Shown piece by piece: positions 28,454 through 30,054 of a stretch of 30,054 nucleotides of DNA; the stretch's first letter is position 1, and the number at the start of each line of letters is the position of its first letter. The stretch covers positions 1-30,054 of the IMG/VR virus record IMGVR_UViG_3300026187_000062. The stretch is one strand, 5' to 3'. This stretch comes from a virus (lineage: Duplodnaviria > Caudoviricetes). The notes beneath the pieces are model-generated. The model made no database searches. It saw only the letters and a program-made list of their open reading frames with translations, and was not told where the DNA came from. The translations under genes were made by a program, and so were the position numbers.

Positions 28454-28886
28454 CCATATGTATTGGGGATACGATTTTGAACCAATACGATTGACGGACG
28501 TGAATAATAAGTTATTTTGTACCTTTACCAGCTTAGAAGACTTAGAGACACTCATAAGCGGGATTACAAGCTCTTATTCTATAATGTATAATAAAATGTT
28601 TGTTTTGTATGTTAAAAGTACAGACGAATATGTAGTTACTTATAATGTAGAGCAAGGTAATGTTAATTCAATACCTGACAATACAATCTTAGTACATAGA
28701 AAAAAAGATACCAATACACTATATACAATTAATGCTTTAAATGAGTTGATTAAAAAGTTAAATGGTGGTGTGGTTGATCCTAAGTATAGAGTAGAATGGC
28801 AACATTATAGAAATTGTATTTTGTTAACCAACCATAATGAGTTAAAGCAACTTAATACAAAGATCTATAAGATCATTGAGCTTTAA
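28422..28886 (+). CDS. Hypothetical phage protein (start uncertain: 28422, 28458 or 28500)
   Basis: Open ORF between pol and SSB; NKLFCTFT, ILVHRKKDTNTLYTINALN. Confidence 0.7.
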   Translation: METHTILQENDHMYWGYDFEPIRLTDVNNKLFCTFTSLEDLETLISGITSSYSIMYNKMFVLYVKSTDEYVVTYNVEQGNVNSIPDNTILVHRKKDTNTLYTINALNELIKKLNGGVVDPKYRVEWQHYRNCILLTNHNELKQLNTKIYKIIEL

Positions 28887-28918
28887 CTTGGCCATTAAAA
28901 TTAGTTTTATTAAATTAC
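28887..28918 (+). promoter_or_regulatory. TTGG-N19-TAAATT putative host-type promoter
   Basis: TTGG 28888-91 and TAAATT 28911-16, upstream of the SSB gene. Confidence 0.55.
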
Positions 28919-28922
28919 AGTT

Positions 28923-29768
28923 ATGGATATTAATGCTATTAAACAACGACTAAACAGTTTACAGTCATCAAACAATTCTAGCAAGAAAGAAAAAATTGAC
29001 TATTCCAAAATTTATTGGAAACCGAGAGAAGAAGGTAAATTCCAAATTCGTATTGTACCTTCAAAATTTGATTCTTCTAACCCTTTTAAAGAAGTATTTG
29101 TACATTATGGTATTAGTAAATACCCTATGTATGCTTTAACTAATTGGGGTGAAAAAGATCCTATTGTTGAATTTTGTTCTCAATTAAGAAAAACAAATGA
29201 CAAAGAAAATTGGGTTCTAGCTAAAAAATTAGATCCTAAAATGAGGATTTTTGCACCTGTAGTAGTTAGAGGTGAGGAAGAAAAAGGTACCCGTTTATGG
29301 GAATTTGGTAAGGAAATTTATATGCAATTGTTAGGTATTGCTGATGATGAGGATTATGGTGATTTTACAGACATCAATGAAGGACGTGATTTTACAGTTG
29401 AGGCCGTTAGAGGTGAAATCGCTGGACGTCAAGGTCTAAAAACATCAATTCGTGTTAAACCTAAAACTACTCCTTTGAGTACAGATGCTAAACAAGTTGA
29501 ATTGTTCTTAACAGAACAACCAGACATTCTAGAAGTTCAACGTAAAAGAACTTATGATGACATGAAAGAGGCTTTACAAAGTTGGTTATCACCAGATGAG
29601 CCTGAAGAAGGAGATATAATTGATGATGAAAAAGATCCAGAACCAATTTCAACTCCTAAGAATGAGAAAGTATACACTATGAATACTCCAGCTCCTTCTA
29701 AAACATCTAAAGCAGATCAATTTGATTCATTATTTGATGATGAAAGTGATGATGATTTGCCATTTTAA
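28923..29768 (+). CDS. Single-stranded DNA-binding protein (T4 gp32-like)
   Basis: YWKP, IRIVP, PFKEVFVHY, DPI.EF, LWEFGK.IY, DFTD...GRDF and acidic tail DDESDDDLPF. Confidence 0.85.
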   Translation: MDINAIKQRLNSLQSSNNSSKKEKIDYSKIYWKPREEGKFQIRIVPSKFDSSNPFKEVFVHYGISKYPMYALTNWGEKDPIVEFCSQLRKTNDKENWVLAKKLDPKMRIFAPVVVRGEEEKGTRLWEFGKEIYMQLLGIADDEDYGDFTDINEGRDFTVEAVRGEIAGRQGLKTSIRVKPKTTPLSTDAKQVELFLTEQPDILEVQRKRTYDDMKEALQSWLSPDEPEEGDIIDDEKDPEPISTPKNEKVYTMNTPAPSKTSKADQFDSLFDDESDDDLPF

Positions 29769-29781
29769 TTAAAAAAATTAT

Positions 29782-30054
29782 ATGCCAAGAAAAAAGAAAA
29801 ATGAATCACTGACGGCGGCAGTCTCAGCAGAGATTAAAGCTAATTTTGACCTTAGTAAATTTAAGGAAAAAAAGATGCTTAACGGTAATGTTAAGTTTAA
29901 AGAACAACAGTGGATTCCACTTTCCAAGGCATTTCAAGATGTAACAAGCGTGCCCGGTATTCCAACCGGGCATATTGTTCTTCTTCGTGGACATAGTGAT
30001 ACAGGTAAAACTACTGCTTTAATTGAGGCAGCAGTTAATGCTCAAAAAATGGGT
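29782..30054 (+). CDS. RecA/UvsX-like recombinase (3'-truncated; absent from ORF track)
   Basis: ATG at 29782, open to the window end: ...PGIPTGHIVLLRGHSDTGKTTALIEAAVNAQKMG, with Walker A GxxxxGKT in RecA context. Confidence 0.85.
   Translation, partial: MPRKKKNESLTAAVSAEIKANFDLSKFKEKKMLNGNVKFKEQQWIPLSKAFQDVTSVPGIPTGHIVLLRGHSDTGKTTALIEAAVNAQKMG

Noticed and set aside
5843-30054. Stop-codon reassignment
   Set aside because: Genes are full-length and tightly packed under the standard code; the single break is a frameshift, not an in-frame stop.

Overview
AT-rich fragment of a large contractile-tailed (myovirus-type) phage genome, with all real genes on the + strand. Promoter-like motifs tentatively suggest a Bacteroidota host. 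The window has four blocks. (1) The 3' part of a giant fibre gene that the ORF track misses (frame +2, <2..4783): at least 426 in-register Gly-(Ser/Thr)-Ser collagen-like triplets, a tip domain and a peptidase S74 chaperone, followed by two small virion genes. (2) A translationally coupled glycan-modification operon (5843..13688): two Aah/TibC-like (BAHT) protein O-glycosyltransferases with iron-finger motifs (one fused to a GT4 domain and split by a 1-nt frameshift), two putative GT-A-like paralogues, three SAM methyltransferases and a small helical protein. (3) A tail module: sheath, tube, chaperone pair with a probable frameshift, tape measure and baseplate genes. (4) The start of the replication block: divergent PolA, gp32-like SSB, RecA/UvsX-like protein. 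The main candidate new system is phage-encoded serine O-glycosylation and methylation of a Pro-poor Ser/Thr collagen fibre, and possibly of S/T-G-S motifs on other virion proteins. Family calls are from motif recognition only; no searches were run.
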